Of a DNA stretch of 64,000 nt, positions 39,879-48,146 are shown in pieces (within the stretch, counting starts at the first letter, position 1; each line of letters opens with the position of its first letter). Source of the stretch: Acidobacteriota bacterium (lineage in GTDB: Bacteria; Acidobacteriota; Vicinamibacteria; Vicinamibacterales; 2-12-FULL-66-21); the NCBI GenBank assembly GCA_046735335.1, contig JBKPTE010000046.1, positions 32,080 to 96,079 of the forward strand, written 5' to 3'. The translations under genes and the position numbers were made by a program. The notes below the pieces were generated by a model. That model had not been told where the DNA came from and did no database searches. It saw only the letters and a list, made by a program, of their open reading frames with translations.

Positions 39879-39968
39879 TAGCGGGTGCGACGTGCCTCGT
39901 GCGGGTGCGTCGAGCGGCGTGCGGCGTGCGGGTGCGTGGCGCGGGTGCATTGGCGCGGTGTGTGAGAA
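39879..39968. repeat. GC-rich array of GCGGGTGCG-type units upstream of uvrD
   Basis: GCGGGTGCG at 39881, 39901, 39928; GCGGGTGCa at 39941; GCGCGGTGTGTG at 39954. Confidence 0.75.
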
Positions 39969-39974
39969 GGAGCA

Positions 39975-40400
39975 CTAGGCAGCGAATCGAAATAGGAAGA
40001 CGAACAAGAGGGACGCAGTCGCTTCCATGCTGGCAAGCACCTGCATCTTCTGGCGCCGCATCCCATAGAGCAGCTTCTGCAGCCGTTCGATCTGATCCTG
40101 GCGCGGCAAGGCCTGAACTGCTGTACATAGACAGAGCCGAACGGCGATTTCGAGCTGTGTATCGAGCTCGCACGACGAGCCGATTGCCGTGTTGATGAAC
40201 CGCAGCGTCCACTTAGGGGCCTTAATCGGCTGCCCTTCGGCGACATTCGAGAGAACGGATACGGCGGCTCTTCGCATTTGCGAGACCAGACCGTCGCGCT
40301 CCTCGTTTGGGAATTCGGCGGTCAACCGCTATGTCGACTCGACGACATCCATGCCCACTTACCCCGCCACGAGTTCTCGAAAACCTCGGTTTTCGCGCAT
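39975..40400 (-). pseudogene. four-helix-bundle protein gene (23S rRNA IVS / Avd-like family) inactivated by two nonsense codons
   Basis: AGGAGG lies 6 nt upstream of ATG 40400. Translation reads [16 protein letters not shown](40361..40359)[12 protein letters not shown](40331..40329)[32 protein letters not shown]... The stops fall where family members have Q and Y (F.dL.vWqkA..L...iYkLt..FP.eE). The track only shows the TTG-started remainder, 39975..40325. Confidence 0.65.
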
Positions 40401-40496
40401 CGTGATCCTCCTCGAGTACGCAGTTGGTGCGTACATCGCGCCCAAGTCAAAGAGCCGGGCGCTGGTGTTTCGGGACGAGGCAATTGCCGAGCCGTA

Positions 40497-40553
40497 CTCC
40501 GCACCCGCCCGCACACCGCGCGCCGCACTGCCCGCCGCACGCGCGTGCTACGA
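40497..40553. repeat. GC-rich array of the reverse-complement units (CGCACCCGC type) upstream of leuC
   Basis: CGCACCCGC at 40500..40508 is the exact reverse complement of GCGGGTGCG. It is followed by CCGCACACCGCGC and GCCGCAC...GCCGCACGCGCG. Confidence 0.65.
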
Positions 40554-40560
40554 TCCGCCA

Positions 40561-41958
40561 ATGGCCGCGACACTCCTGCAGAAGGTCTGGGACGCACACA
40601 CTGTCCGCCGGCTCCCGACAGGCCAGACGCAGCTCTTCATCGGCCTCCACCTCGTCCACGAGGTGACGAGCCCGCAGGCGTTCGACATGCTGCGCGCGCG
40701 CGGCGGCCATGTGGCTTTTCCCGATCGCACCCTCGCGACCGTCGACCACATCGTTCCGACGCGCGATCAGCGGCGGCCCTTCATCGATTTGATGGCCGAG
40801 GAGATGCTGTCGTCGCTCGAGCGCAACTGCGCGGAATATCACATCCGCCTGCTCGACCTCTCCAGCGGCAAGCAGGGCATCGTCCACGTCATCGGGCCGG
40901 AACTTGGCATCACGCAGCCGGGCATGACGATCGCCTGCGGCGACAGCCACACGTCCACACACGGCGCGTTCGGCGCGATCGCCTTCGGCATCGGGACGAC
41001 GCAGGTGCGCGACGTGCTGGCGTCACAGTGCCTGGCGATGGACCCATTGAAGGTGCGGCGAATCTCGGTACGCGGACGCCTGCAGCCCGGCGTCTACGCG
41101 AAGGACGTGATCCTCGAAATCATCCGGCGGCTCGGCGTGAAGGGAGGCGTCGGCTTCGCATACGAATACGCGGGCGACACCATCGAGCGCATGTCGATGG
41201 AAGAGCGCATGACCATCTGCAACATGTCGATCGAGGGGGGCGCGCGCGTCGGCTATGTCAACCCCGATCGCACGACGATCGAGTACCTGGGCGGGCGTCC
41301 GCTGGCGCCGCAAGGCGACGACTTCGAGCGCGCAGCGAACTGGTGGATGTCGATGGCCTCCGACCGCGACGCGCGATACGACGATGAGGTCACGCTCGAG
41401 GCCGCGAGCATCCGGCCGACCGTCACGTGGGGCATCAATCCTGGACAATCGGTCGCGATCGACGAACGGATTCCCGCGTCCGCCGACGACGAGGCGCTGT
41501 CGTTCATGGGCTTCGACCGCGGCCAGCCGCTGAAGGGGACGAAAATCGACGTCGCCTTCGTCGGGTCGTGCACCAACGGGCGTCTGTCGGACCTGCGCGA
41601 GGCCGCCCGCGTGGTTCAGGGGCAGCACGTCGCGCCGCACGTTCAGGCAATCGTCGTCCCGGGATCGCAGGCGGTCCGCGTGGCGGCCGAGCGGGAAGGC
41701 CTCGATCGCGTCTTCACCGACGCCGGCTTCGAATGGCGCGGCGCGGGCTGTTCGATGTGCCTCGCGATGAACCCCGATCGGCTCGAAGGCCGTCAGATCT
41801 GCGCGTCCTCCTCGAACAGGAATTTCAAGGGACGGCAGGGAAGCCCCACGGGACGGACGCTCCTCATGAGTCCGGCGATGGTCGCCGCGGCGGCGGTGGC
41901 GGGAGAAGTCGTCGACGTGCGCGAGTTCGCCACGACGGAGGTGGGCATTGGCCGTTGA
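40561..41958 (+). CDS. leuC: 3-isopropylmalate dehydratase large subunit
   Basis: From ATG 40561: [15 protein letters not shown]...[41 protein letters not shown]. The track ORF is over-extended to 40189. Confidence 0.95.
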   Translation: MAATLLQKVWDAHTVRRLPTGQTQLFIGLHLVHEVTSPQAFDMLRARGGHVAFPDRTLATVDHIVPTRDQRRPFIDLMAEEMLSSLERNCAEYHIRLLDLSSGKQGIVHVIGPELGITQPGMTIACGDSHTSTHGAFGAIAFGIGTTQVRDVLASQCLAMDPLKVRRISVRGRLQPGVYAKDVILEIIRRLGVKGGVGFAYEYAGDTIERMSMEERMTICNMSIEGGARVGYVNPDRTTIEYLGGRPLAPQGDDFERAANWWMSMASDRDARYDDEVTLEAASIRPTVTWGINPGQSVAIDERIPASADDEALSFMGFDRGQPLKGTKIDVAFVGSCTNGRLSDLREAARVVQGQHVAPHVQAIVVPGSQAVRVAAEREGLDRVFTDAGFEWRGAGCSMCLAMNPDRLEGRQICASSSNRNFKGRQGSPTGRTLLMSPAMVAAAAVAGEVVDVREFATTEVGIGR

Positions 41959-42541
41959 ACGCATCCGCGAGATTTCCGGCACGGCGCTTCCGTTGCGAGG
42001 CGACGACATCGATACCGATCGGATCATCCCCGCCCGCTTTCTGAAGGCCATCACGTTCGAAGGGCTCGAGCAGCATCTGTTCGAAGACGAGCGGCGCCAG
42101 GCCCAGGCGCATCCCGTGTCCAATCCGAGGTACGCATCCGCGTCGCTCATGCTCGTGAACGCGAACTTCGGATGCGGTTCCTCGCGGGAGCACGCGCCTC
42201 AGGCGATCCGGCGCCGCGGCATCCGGGCGGTGATCGGGCAGTCCTTCTCGGAAATCTTCTTCGGCAACTCGGTCGCGCTCGGCATGCCGTGTCCGACCGC
42301 AACCCCGGACGCGATGGATACGCTCATGAATCTCGTCGAGCGCGATCCCGCGACGACGATCACGGTCGATCTGGAATCGATGCAGGTGAGCGCCGCCGGA
42401 CGCAGCTTTCCGGTGTCGCTGCCGTCTGCCGCGCGCGACGCATTCCTCAATGGAAGCTGGGATGCGACAGGCCTCCTGCTCGAGAACTTCGACGAGGTTC
42501 GAGCGGTAGCCGCCCGCTTGCCCTACGTGAGTGGTTGGTAA
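41948..42541 (+). CDS. leuD: 3-isopropylmalate dehydratase small subunit
   Basis: TTG start preceded by GGAGG (41937..41941). [27 protein letters not shown]. Confidence 0.9.
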   Translation: MAVERIREISGTALPLRGDDIDTDRIIPARFLKAITFEGLEQHLFEDERRQAQAHPVSNPRYASASLMLVNANFGCGSSREHAPQAIRRRGIRAVIGQSFSEIFFGNSVALGMPCPTATPDAMDTLMNLVERDPATTITVDLESMQVSAAGRSFPVSLPSAARDAFLNGSWDATGLLLENFDEVRAVAARLPYVSGW

Positions 42542-42554
42542 GCGTCGCGCGTCG

Positions 42555-42595
42555 TTTCAGGGCCGGTCATCGGTCGCGCGGCCCTTTCAGGGCCG
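42555..42595. terminator. convergent-gene hairpins with repeated arm (leuD / LysR gene)
   Basis: TTTCAGGGCCG at 42555 and 42585. CGGCCCT at 42579..42585 can pair with either copy (7 bp with a 13-nt loop, or CGGCCC-TTTCA-GGGCCG). Confidence 0.45.
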
Positions 42596-42598
42596 CGA

Positions 42599-43516
42599 TC
42601 ACGCCGATCCCTTCAGCGCCGCCTGACCGTCCTTCGCCGGCGCCATCGCGCGCACGACTTCCAGGAATGCGTCGGCGGCGCGGCTGCGCTCGCCCGTCCG
42701 CCTGAACACGAGCCGCACCTGCCGCGTCGAGCCGAGATCGGGCACGCGCACCGCGGCAAGGTGGCCGCGCGCGATCTCGGTCAGCGCGCATCGGCGCGGC
42801 AGGAGCGCGACGCCGATCCCCATCTCCACCGCGCGCTTGATGCCGTCCAGGCTTGGAAGGGAAATCTGGATGTTGATCGACGTGCGGCGGCGCTCGTAGG
42901 CGCGCAGCACGCGATCCCGCGTCGGCGACGGATCGTTGTGCGCGATGACGACCTCGCGGCCGACCTCCTGCAGCGTCACGCGGGGACGCGACGCGAGCGG
43001 ATGACGCGGAGAGGTGAGCAGCACGAGCTCGTCGCCTCCGAGCAGCACCGTTTGAATGCCGCGATCGGCCGGCTGGAACGTCAGGACGCCGAAGTCGATC
43101 GAGCGATCGAGGACGACCTCCGCCATCTGGCGTGACGGCACGCGCCGGACGTCGATGGCGACGCCGGGGTGCAGCCTCGCGAAGCGATCGATTGCCGGCA
43201 GGAGGCTGTGCACGGCCGCCTCGTTCGCGCCGAGGATCACGCGCCCGCGCCTGACCTGCTGCAGCTCGCGCACCGCGACCTCCGCCTCGCCCGCGAGCGC
43301 GAGGAGGCGCTGTGCAAATCCGTGCAACAGCCGGCCCGCCTCGGTCAGCGTGCCGTCACGGGACGACCGATCGAAGAGGCGCTCCCCGAGCTCGTCTTCG
43401 ATGCGCCGGATGGCCTGGCTGATCGCCGGCTGGGTCCGATGGAGGCGTCGGGCAGCGGTCGAGAAGCTCCGATCCGCCGCAACCGCCAGAAAAGCCGCGA
43501 GATCCTGCAGCTGCAT
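42599..43516 (-). CDS. LysR-family transcriptional regulator
   Basis: From ATG 43516: MQLQDLAAFLAVAADRSFSTAARRLHRTQPAISQAIRRIEDELGERLF plus a substrate-binding domain. Divergent from leuA. The track ORF is over-extended to 44692. Confidence 0.9.
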   Translation of the reverse strand: MQLQDLAAFLAVAADRSFSTAARRLHRTQPAISQAIRRIEDELGERLFDRSSRDGTLTEAGRLLHGFAQRLLALAGEAEVAVRELQQVRRGRVILGANEAAVHSLLPAIDRFARLHPGVAIDVRRVPSRQMAEVVLDRSIDFGVLTFQPADRGIQTVLLGGDELVLLTSPRHPLASRPRVTLQEVGREVVIAHNDPSPTRDRVLRAYERRRTSINIQISLPSLDGIKRAVEMGIGVALLPRRCALTEIARGHLAAVRVPDLGSTRQVRLVFRRTGERSRAADAFLEVVRAMAPAKDGQAALKGSA

Positions 43517-43600
43517 AAGCAATGCTAATGTAAACCAAATAACTATAAATTGGACTTGTTCCGCGGGGCCATGTACAAGGGAAGAAGGAGGGTCCGAAAA

Positions 43601-44839
43601 ATGTCCGGCAATCGGCTGACTATCTTCGATACCACGTTGCGCGACGGAGAACAGGCGCCCGGTTTCTCGCTCCGCATCGTGGAGAAGCTGAAGATGGCGC
43701 ACCAGCTCCGCGCGCTCGGCGTCGACATCATCGAAGCCGGATTTCCGATTGCGTCCGACGCCGATGCGGAAGCAGTCCGCATGGTCGCGACGCACGTTCG
43801 CGGACCGGTCATTGCCGCCCTCGCGCGCTGCACGCCGCGAGACATCGAGCGCGCCGCATGGTCGCTCGAGCCCGCGCCGCGCCGGCGGATTCACGTCTTC
43901 ATCGCCACCTCCGACCTGCACCTCGAACGCAAGCTCCGCATGACGCGCGAAGAGTGCCTTCGCGCCGCGATGAGCGCCGTCCGTCTCGCGCGCCGCTACA
44001 CGGACGATGTGCAGTTTTCGGCGGAGGATGCGACGCGCACGGATTCCGATTTCCTGTGGCGCGTCGTCGAAGCGGTGATCCAGTCGGGCGCGAAGACGAT
44101 CAACCTGCCGGACACGGTCGGCTACTCGACCCCGGACGAGATTCGCGACTTCTTCCAGATGATCATCAATCGCGTGCCCAGCTCCGATCAGGTGACCTTC
44201 AGCGCGCACTGTCATGACGATCTCGGCCTGGCCACGGCGAACACGCTCTCGGCGATCGGCGCGGGCGCGCGGCAGATCGAGTGCACCATAAACGGCATCG
44301 GCGAGCGCGCGGGCAACGCGTCGCTCGAAGAAGTGGTGATGGCCATCCGCGTCCGCGCGGATCGGCTGCCGTTCGCGACGGCGATCAACACGCAGGAGAT
44401 CTATCCGTCGAGCCAGCTGCTCACATCGCTCACCGGAGAAGGCGTCCAGGCCAACAAGGCCATTGTCGGCCGCAATGCCTTCGCGCACGAAGCGGGGATT
44501 CACCAGGACGGCATGCTGAAGGATCGCCGTACCTACGAGATCATGCGGCCCGAGGAAGTCGGGGTTCCGCAGGCGACGCTCGTGCTGGGGAAGCATTCCG
44601 GTCGCCACGCGGTCCAGAAGCGGTGCGAGCAGATCGGGTGGACGCTGGACCGCCAGGCGCTCGACGAGGTGTACCGCGCCGTCATCGCGCACGCCGATCG
44701 CGAGAAGATCGTGAGCGACAGCGATCTCTCGGTCATCGTGTCACGCGTGATCGGATCGACGACGCCCGCGTCCGGCGGTGGCACCGTTCCCGACTTCGCC
44801 GCGACTCCCGCCGAATTCGGCTACGGCCACGGCGTGTAG
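43601..44839 (+). CDS. leuA: 2-isopropylmalate synthase family enzyme, short form lacking the C-terminal regulatory domain
   Basis: RBS GAAGGAGGG precedes ATG 43601. FDTTLRDGEQAPG, HCHDDLGLATAN, AFAHEAGIHQDG. At 412 aa it ends 7 nt before leuB, leaving no room for a LeuA_dimer domain. Confidence 0.8.
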   Translation: MSGNRLTIFDTTLRDGEQAPGFSLRIVEKLKMAHQLRALGVDIIEAGFPIASDADAEAVRMVATHVRGPVIAALARCTPRDIERAAWSLEPAPRRRIHVFIATSDLHLERKLRMTREECLRAAMSAVRLARRYTDDVQFSAEDATRTDSDFLWRVVEAVIQSGAKTINLPDTVGYSTPDEIRDFFQMIINRVPSSDQVTFSAHCHDDLGLATANTLSAIGAGARQIECTINGIGERAGNASLEEVVMAIRVRADRLPFATAINTQEIYPSSQLLTSLTGEGVQANKAIVGRNAFAHEAGIHQDGMLKDRRTYEIMRPEEVGVPQATLVLGKHSGRHAVQKRCEQIGWTLDRQALDEVYRAVIAHADREKIVSDSDLSVIVSRVIGSTTPASGGGTVPDFAATPAEFGYGHGV

Positions 44840-44845
44840 CGTCGG

Positions 44846-45901
44846 ATGAACGCACGCCTCGTTCTGTTGCCCGGCGATGGCGTCGGGCAAGAGGTGACCT
44901 CTGCCGCCCGCCTTGTCCTCCAGCGGGTCGCGGAGGTTTTCCGTCACTCCTTCGACTTTCGGACACATCTCATCGGCGGCGCGGCGCTTCGCGCGACCGG
45001 CGTGCCGCTGCCGGATGAGACCGTCGCGGCAAGTCTCGACGCCGACGGCATCCTGCTCGGAGCGGTCGGCCATCCCGATTTCGACTCGCATGCACCGCAC
45101 CAGAGACCCGAAGCAGCGCTGCTCCAGATCCGGCAGCAGCTCGGGCTGTACGCGAATCTCCGTCCGGCACGCGTGTGGAAGGGCCTCGAAGCCGCCGGGC
45201 CGCTCAAGCCTGAAGTCCTCGCGAACACCGACGTCCTCGTCGTCCGTGAGCTGACGGGCGGGCTGTACTACGGCGAGCCGCGGGGGCTCTCGCCTGAAGG
45301 GGACAGCGCGTGGAACACGATGCGCTACTCGCGCGCGGAGGTGACGCGCATCGCGCGCGTCGCGTTCGACGCGGCGAAGAGTCGCCGCAGGCACGTGACG
45401 TCGGTGGACAAGGCGAACGTGCTCGAGACGTCGCGCCTCTGGCGCGCGGTGGTCAATACGGTTGGGAGCGACTATCCGGACGTCCGCGTCGAGCACATGT
45501 ACGTCGATTCGTGCGCGATGCGCCTGGCGCTCGCGCCGGCGTCGTTCGATGTCGTCCTGACGGAGAACCTGTTCGGCGACATCCTTTCCGATGAAGCGGG
45601 CGCCGTGGTTGGGTCGCTCGGGCTGCTGCCGTCGGCCAGCCTCGGGGACAAGACCGGGTTGTTCGAGCCGGTGCACGGATCCGCGCCTGACATAGCGGGG
45701 TTGAACGCTGCGAATCCAATCGGCGCGATCCTGTCCGGCGCGATGCTGCTGCGCTACGCGCTGAAGCTCGAGACGGAGGCTGGCGCTGTCGAGGCGGCCG
45801 TCGAGCGTACGATCGCGGGTGGCCACAGGACGCGCGACATCGGAGGCACGGCGTCCTGCAGCGACATGGCAAAGGCGATCGCGGAGCGGATTCAGATGTA
45901 G
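44846..45901 (+). CDS. leuB: 3-isopropylmalate dehydrogenase
   Basis: LLPGDGVGQEV, NLFGDILSDEAG, GSAPDIAG. Confidence 0.95.
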   Translation: MNARLVLLPGDGVGQEVTSAARLVLQRVAEVFRHSFDFRTHLIGGAALRATGVPLPDETVAASLDADGILLGAVGHPDFDSHAPHQRPEAALLQIRQQLGLYANLRPARVWKGLEAAGPLKPEVLANTDVLVVRELTGGLYYGEPRGLSPEGDSAWNTMRYSRAEVTRIARVAFDAAKSRRRHVTSVDKANVLETSRLWRAVVNTVGSDYPDVRVEHMYVDSCAMRLALAPASFDVVLTENLFGDILSDEAGAVVGSLGLLPSASLGDKTGLFEPVHGSAPDIAGLNAANPIGAILSGAMLLRYALKLETEAGAVEAAVERTIAGGHRTRDIGGTASCSDMAKAIAERIQM

Positions 45902-45903
45902 GG

Positions 45904-45997
45904 CACGTCTTCAGACGTGTCTCCGCACGTCGCGGCGATCGTCACTGAGGCGCATCTTTAAGGCGCATCTAAAGATGCGCCCTACGAAGAATGCGCC
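45904..45997. terminator. hairpin pair between convergent leuB and SPFH gene, second one with 2 direct + 2 inverted unit copies
   Basis: CACGTC-TTCA-GACGTG at 45904..45919. AGGCGCATCT at 45948 and 45961; AGATGCGCC at 45973 and AGAATGCGCC at 45988. Central hairpin GGCGCATC-TAAA-GATGCGCC. Confidence 0.5.
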
Positions 45998-46002
45998 CCA
46001 GC

Positions 46003-46950
46003 TCAGGCCGGCTTCGCCGCGTCACCGCCGCGTGTGTCGGTGAGTGCCTGCTGGCGGAGCGCGGCCGCCCCGAGCAGGCCGCCCATGCCCATCGATTCCA
46101 CCGCGGTGCTCGGCACGAGCATCAGCGCGCCTTTCTCCTTCAGCCCTTCGTACAACATGTTCATCGCGCGTAGGTGAAGCGCCGTCGGATTCTCGCGATA
46201 CGATTCCGCCGCGCGCATGAACATGTTCGCGATTTCCTCCTCCGCCTGCCCCAGAATGATGCGCGCCTGTTTCTCGCGCGCCGCCTGAGCCTCGCGCGAC
46301 ATCGCGTCCTGCAGCGAGTCGGGGATCACCACGTCGCGCATTTCAACGGACTGGACCGTCACGCCCCAGGGAGTCGAGCGCTGATCGATCAGCTTCTGCA
46401 GTTCCTCCTCGATCCGCTCGCGGCCCTTCAGCAGATCGCCCAGCGACGTACGGCCGATGATGTCGCGAAGCGCCGTCTGCGCCGCCCAGCTCACCGCCTG
46501 CTCGTACTCCTGCACTTCGAGCGCTGCCTTCTCCGGGTCGTACACGAGCCAGAAGAGCACGGCGTCGACGTTGACGGGTACGGTGTCGGACGTCAGCGTC
46601 TGCTCCGCAGCAAAGCTCGTCGTGATGACGCGCTGATCGATCCAGCGCGTCACCGAGTCGACGAACGGGACGATCCAGAACAGCCCGGGACCGCGCAGCC
46701 CGACGTAGCGGCCCAGGCGCAGCACCACCCCGCGTTCCCACTGCTTCGCCACTTTCGGCGACTGCATGAGCACGACGCCGGCGATCGCGCCGGCGATCAG
46801 CGGCCAGGGCCCGTCGCTGGCGATGGTGCCCGCGATTCCAACGAGGATTGGAATCAGGAGCATCGCGAGCGCCACGACGTTGACGCGCGGACCATCGACC
46901 CCGGCGTCTTCATCCTTACGCTTCCGAATCGACAGCGGTACAACGGCCAC
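46003..46950 (-). CDS. SPFH/band-7 (stomatin/slipin-like) membrane protein
   Basis: N-terminal TM helices followed by an SPFH core (GVVLRLGRYVGLRGPGLFWIVPFVD...TSDTVPVNVDAVLFW...ALRDIIGRTSLGDLL). Confidence 0.85.
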   Translation of the reverse strand: MAVVPLSIRKRKDEDAGVDGPRVNVVALAMLLIPILVGIAGTIASDGPWPLIAGAIAGVVLMQSPKVAKQWERGVVLRLGRYVGLRGPGLFWIVPFVDSVTRWIDQRVITTSFAAEQTLTSDTVPVNVDAVLFWLVYDPEKAALEVQEYEQAVSWAAQTALRDIIGRTSLGDLLKGRERIEEELQKLIDQRSTPWGVTVQSVEMRDVVIPDSLQDAMSREAQAAREKQARIILGQAEEEIANMFMRAAESYRENPTALHLRAMNMLYEGLKEKGALMLVPSTAVESMGMGGLLGAAALRQQALTDTRGGDAAKPA

Positions 46951-46953
46951 GGC

Positions 46954-47346
46954 TCACGCTCCTTGTTGGCGCCGGCTCTCCAGCTCGGTCATCGCGTCAT
47001 CGACGCGGAAGCCGTGGGAGGAGAGATCGGCGAGAAAACGATCGACGAGACGGCGAAGCTCCACGGCGCGGGTTTCGGGATCGGGGGTCAGAGCACCAGC
47101 CGGCGCCACGAAGGTCCCGACCCCGCGCTTGGTCTCCAGCACCCCGATTCGCTCGAGGTGGGCATAGACCTTCGCGACTGTATTGGCATTTACCCTAAGG
47201 TCCACCGCAAGCTGTCGGACGGTGGGCAGTTGATCTCCGGGAACGAGGCGTCCGGACGCAAGCGCCGCTCGAATCCCGCGCTCCAGTTGCGCGTGAATGG
47301 GCGTTGCGTCCCCCGTGTCCAGACGAAAACCCGCCCACGGACTCAT
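46954..47346 (-). CDS. GntR-family (YtrA-like, short) transcriptional regulator
   Basis: Winged HTH GDQLPTVRQLAVDLRVNANTVAKVYAHLERIGVLETKRGVGTFV. 130 aa. 3-nt gap to the SPFH gene. Confidence 0.85.
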   Translation of the reverse strand: MSPWAGFRLDTGDATPIHAQLERGIRAALASGRLVPGDQLPTVRQLAVDLRVNANTVAKVYAHLERIGVLETKRGVGTFVAPAGALTPDPETRAVELRRLVDRFLADLSSHGFRVDDAMTELESRRQQGA

Positions 47347-47354
47347 CGGTGGCC

Positions 47355-47384
47355 AATGTACTACTACAGTAGAACAATTGTCAA
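47355..47384 (-). promoter_or_regulatory. candidate GntR-gene promoter TTGACA-N18-TACATT with embedded 20-bp imperfect palindrome (putative operator)
   Basis: The minus strand reads TTGACAattgttctactgtagtagTACATTggccaccgATG. The palindrome TGTACTACTA/CAGTAGAACA (47357..47376) has 8 of 10 positions symmetric. The -10 ends only 8 nt from the ATG, implying a (near-)leaderless mRNA. Confidence 0.4.
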
Positions 47385-47386
47385 TC

Positions 47387-47431
47387 GGGTCAGAGCTGAA
47401 GGAATGCTCTGACCCGCACGGGGGTCAGAGC
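47387..47431. repeat. 10-bp perfect hairpin plus third copy of the arm (X-X'-X)
   Basis: GGGTCAGAGC 47387..47396, GCTCTGACCC 47406..47415, GGGTCAGAGC 47422..47431. Lies in the GntR / OMP divergent spacer, 40 nt before the OMP GTG. Confidence 0.8.
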
Positions 47432-47471
47432 GCTTCAGTATGATGGGACCGGTCTCCTGCTGAGGTGCAAC

Positions 47472-48140
47472 GTGAAAGAAGCTCTTCTCGCTGCCGCTGT
47501 ATTGCTCGCCGCCACGCGGGCCGTCGCACAAGAATCGGCGGGGCCTTACCTGGTTGGTTCGGGGGGCGGCGTATTCGGGGACGCGCACACTACAGGCTCG
47601 CTGTCGGTAGGCTTCGGATATCTGACGCCGAGACGCGTCGGCCTGGAAGTGGACCTCGCGTGGTCGCCATCGGTGCTCGAGCAGCCGGACGTGCGGATCG
47701 CGACGACGCAGCCGATCTTCAGCGATATTGCCATCTTCCCTCCGTTCGAGCTTCGGGTGCGCTCCCGCCTTCTCACCCTTCAAACGAACGTCATTGGTGT
47801 TCTGCCCGGGTCCGGCTCGCGGCTGCGCGCCTTCGTTGAAGCCGGCGGCGGCATCGCCGATCTCCAGCGCAGGACGCACTACAAGGCGTCCATTCCTGTG
47901 CTGCCTCCGCTCGACGACATCTTTTCGCGTCCAGGCCTGCCCACCGTTACGTTCACCACCATCGATCGCGACTTCACATCGACCGACACGTCGCTCGTGC
48001 TCGGCGCGGGAGGCGGTTTCGAATACGGCGTCGGCGAGCACATGAGCGCCGGAACACACGTCCGCTACCAGCACCTGTTCACGAATGGCGAGGCCCTGGA
48101 CATGGCGCGCCTCGAGGGACGCGTGAGCTGGAAGTGGTGA
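47472..48140 (+). CDS. outer-membrane beta-barrel protein (OmpW/porin-like small barrel)
   Basis: GTG start. Signal peptide MKEALLAAAVLLAATRAVAQ, alternating beta-strand pattern, C-terminal ...EGRVSWKW ending in an aromatic residue. Confidence 0.6.
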   Translation: MKEALLAAAVLLAATRAVAQESAGPYLVGSGGGVFGDAHTTGSLSVGFGYLTPRRVGLEVDLAWSPSVLEQPDVRIATTQPIFSDIAIFPPFELRVRSRLLTLQTNVIGVLPGSGSRLRAFVEAGGGIADLQRRTHYKASIPVLPPLDDIFSRPGLPTVTFTTIDRDFTSTDTSLVLGAGGGFEYGVGEHMSAGTHVRYQHLFTNGEALDMARLEGRVSWKW

Positions 48141-48146
48141 CGCCGC

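Noticed and set aside
43517-43600. LysR T-N11-A operator or a leucine leader peptide in the LysR / leuA spacer
   Set aside because: The spacer is AT-rich with a weak dyad (CCAAAT-N7-AATTGG). I could not define a convincing T-N11-A site, -35/-10 pair or Leu-rich leader ORF.
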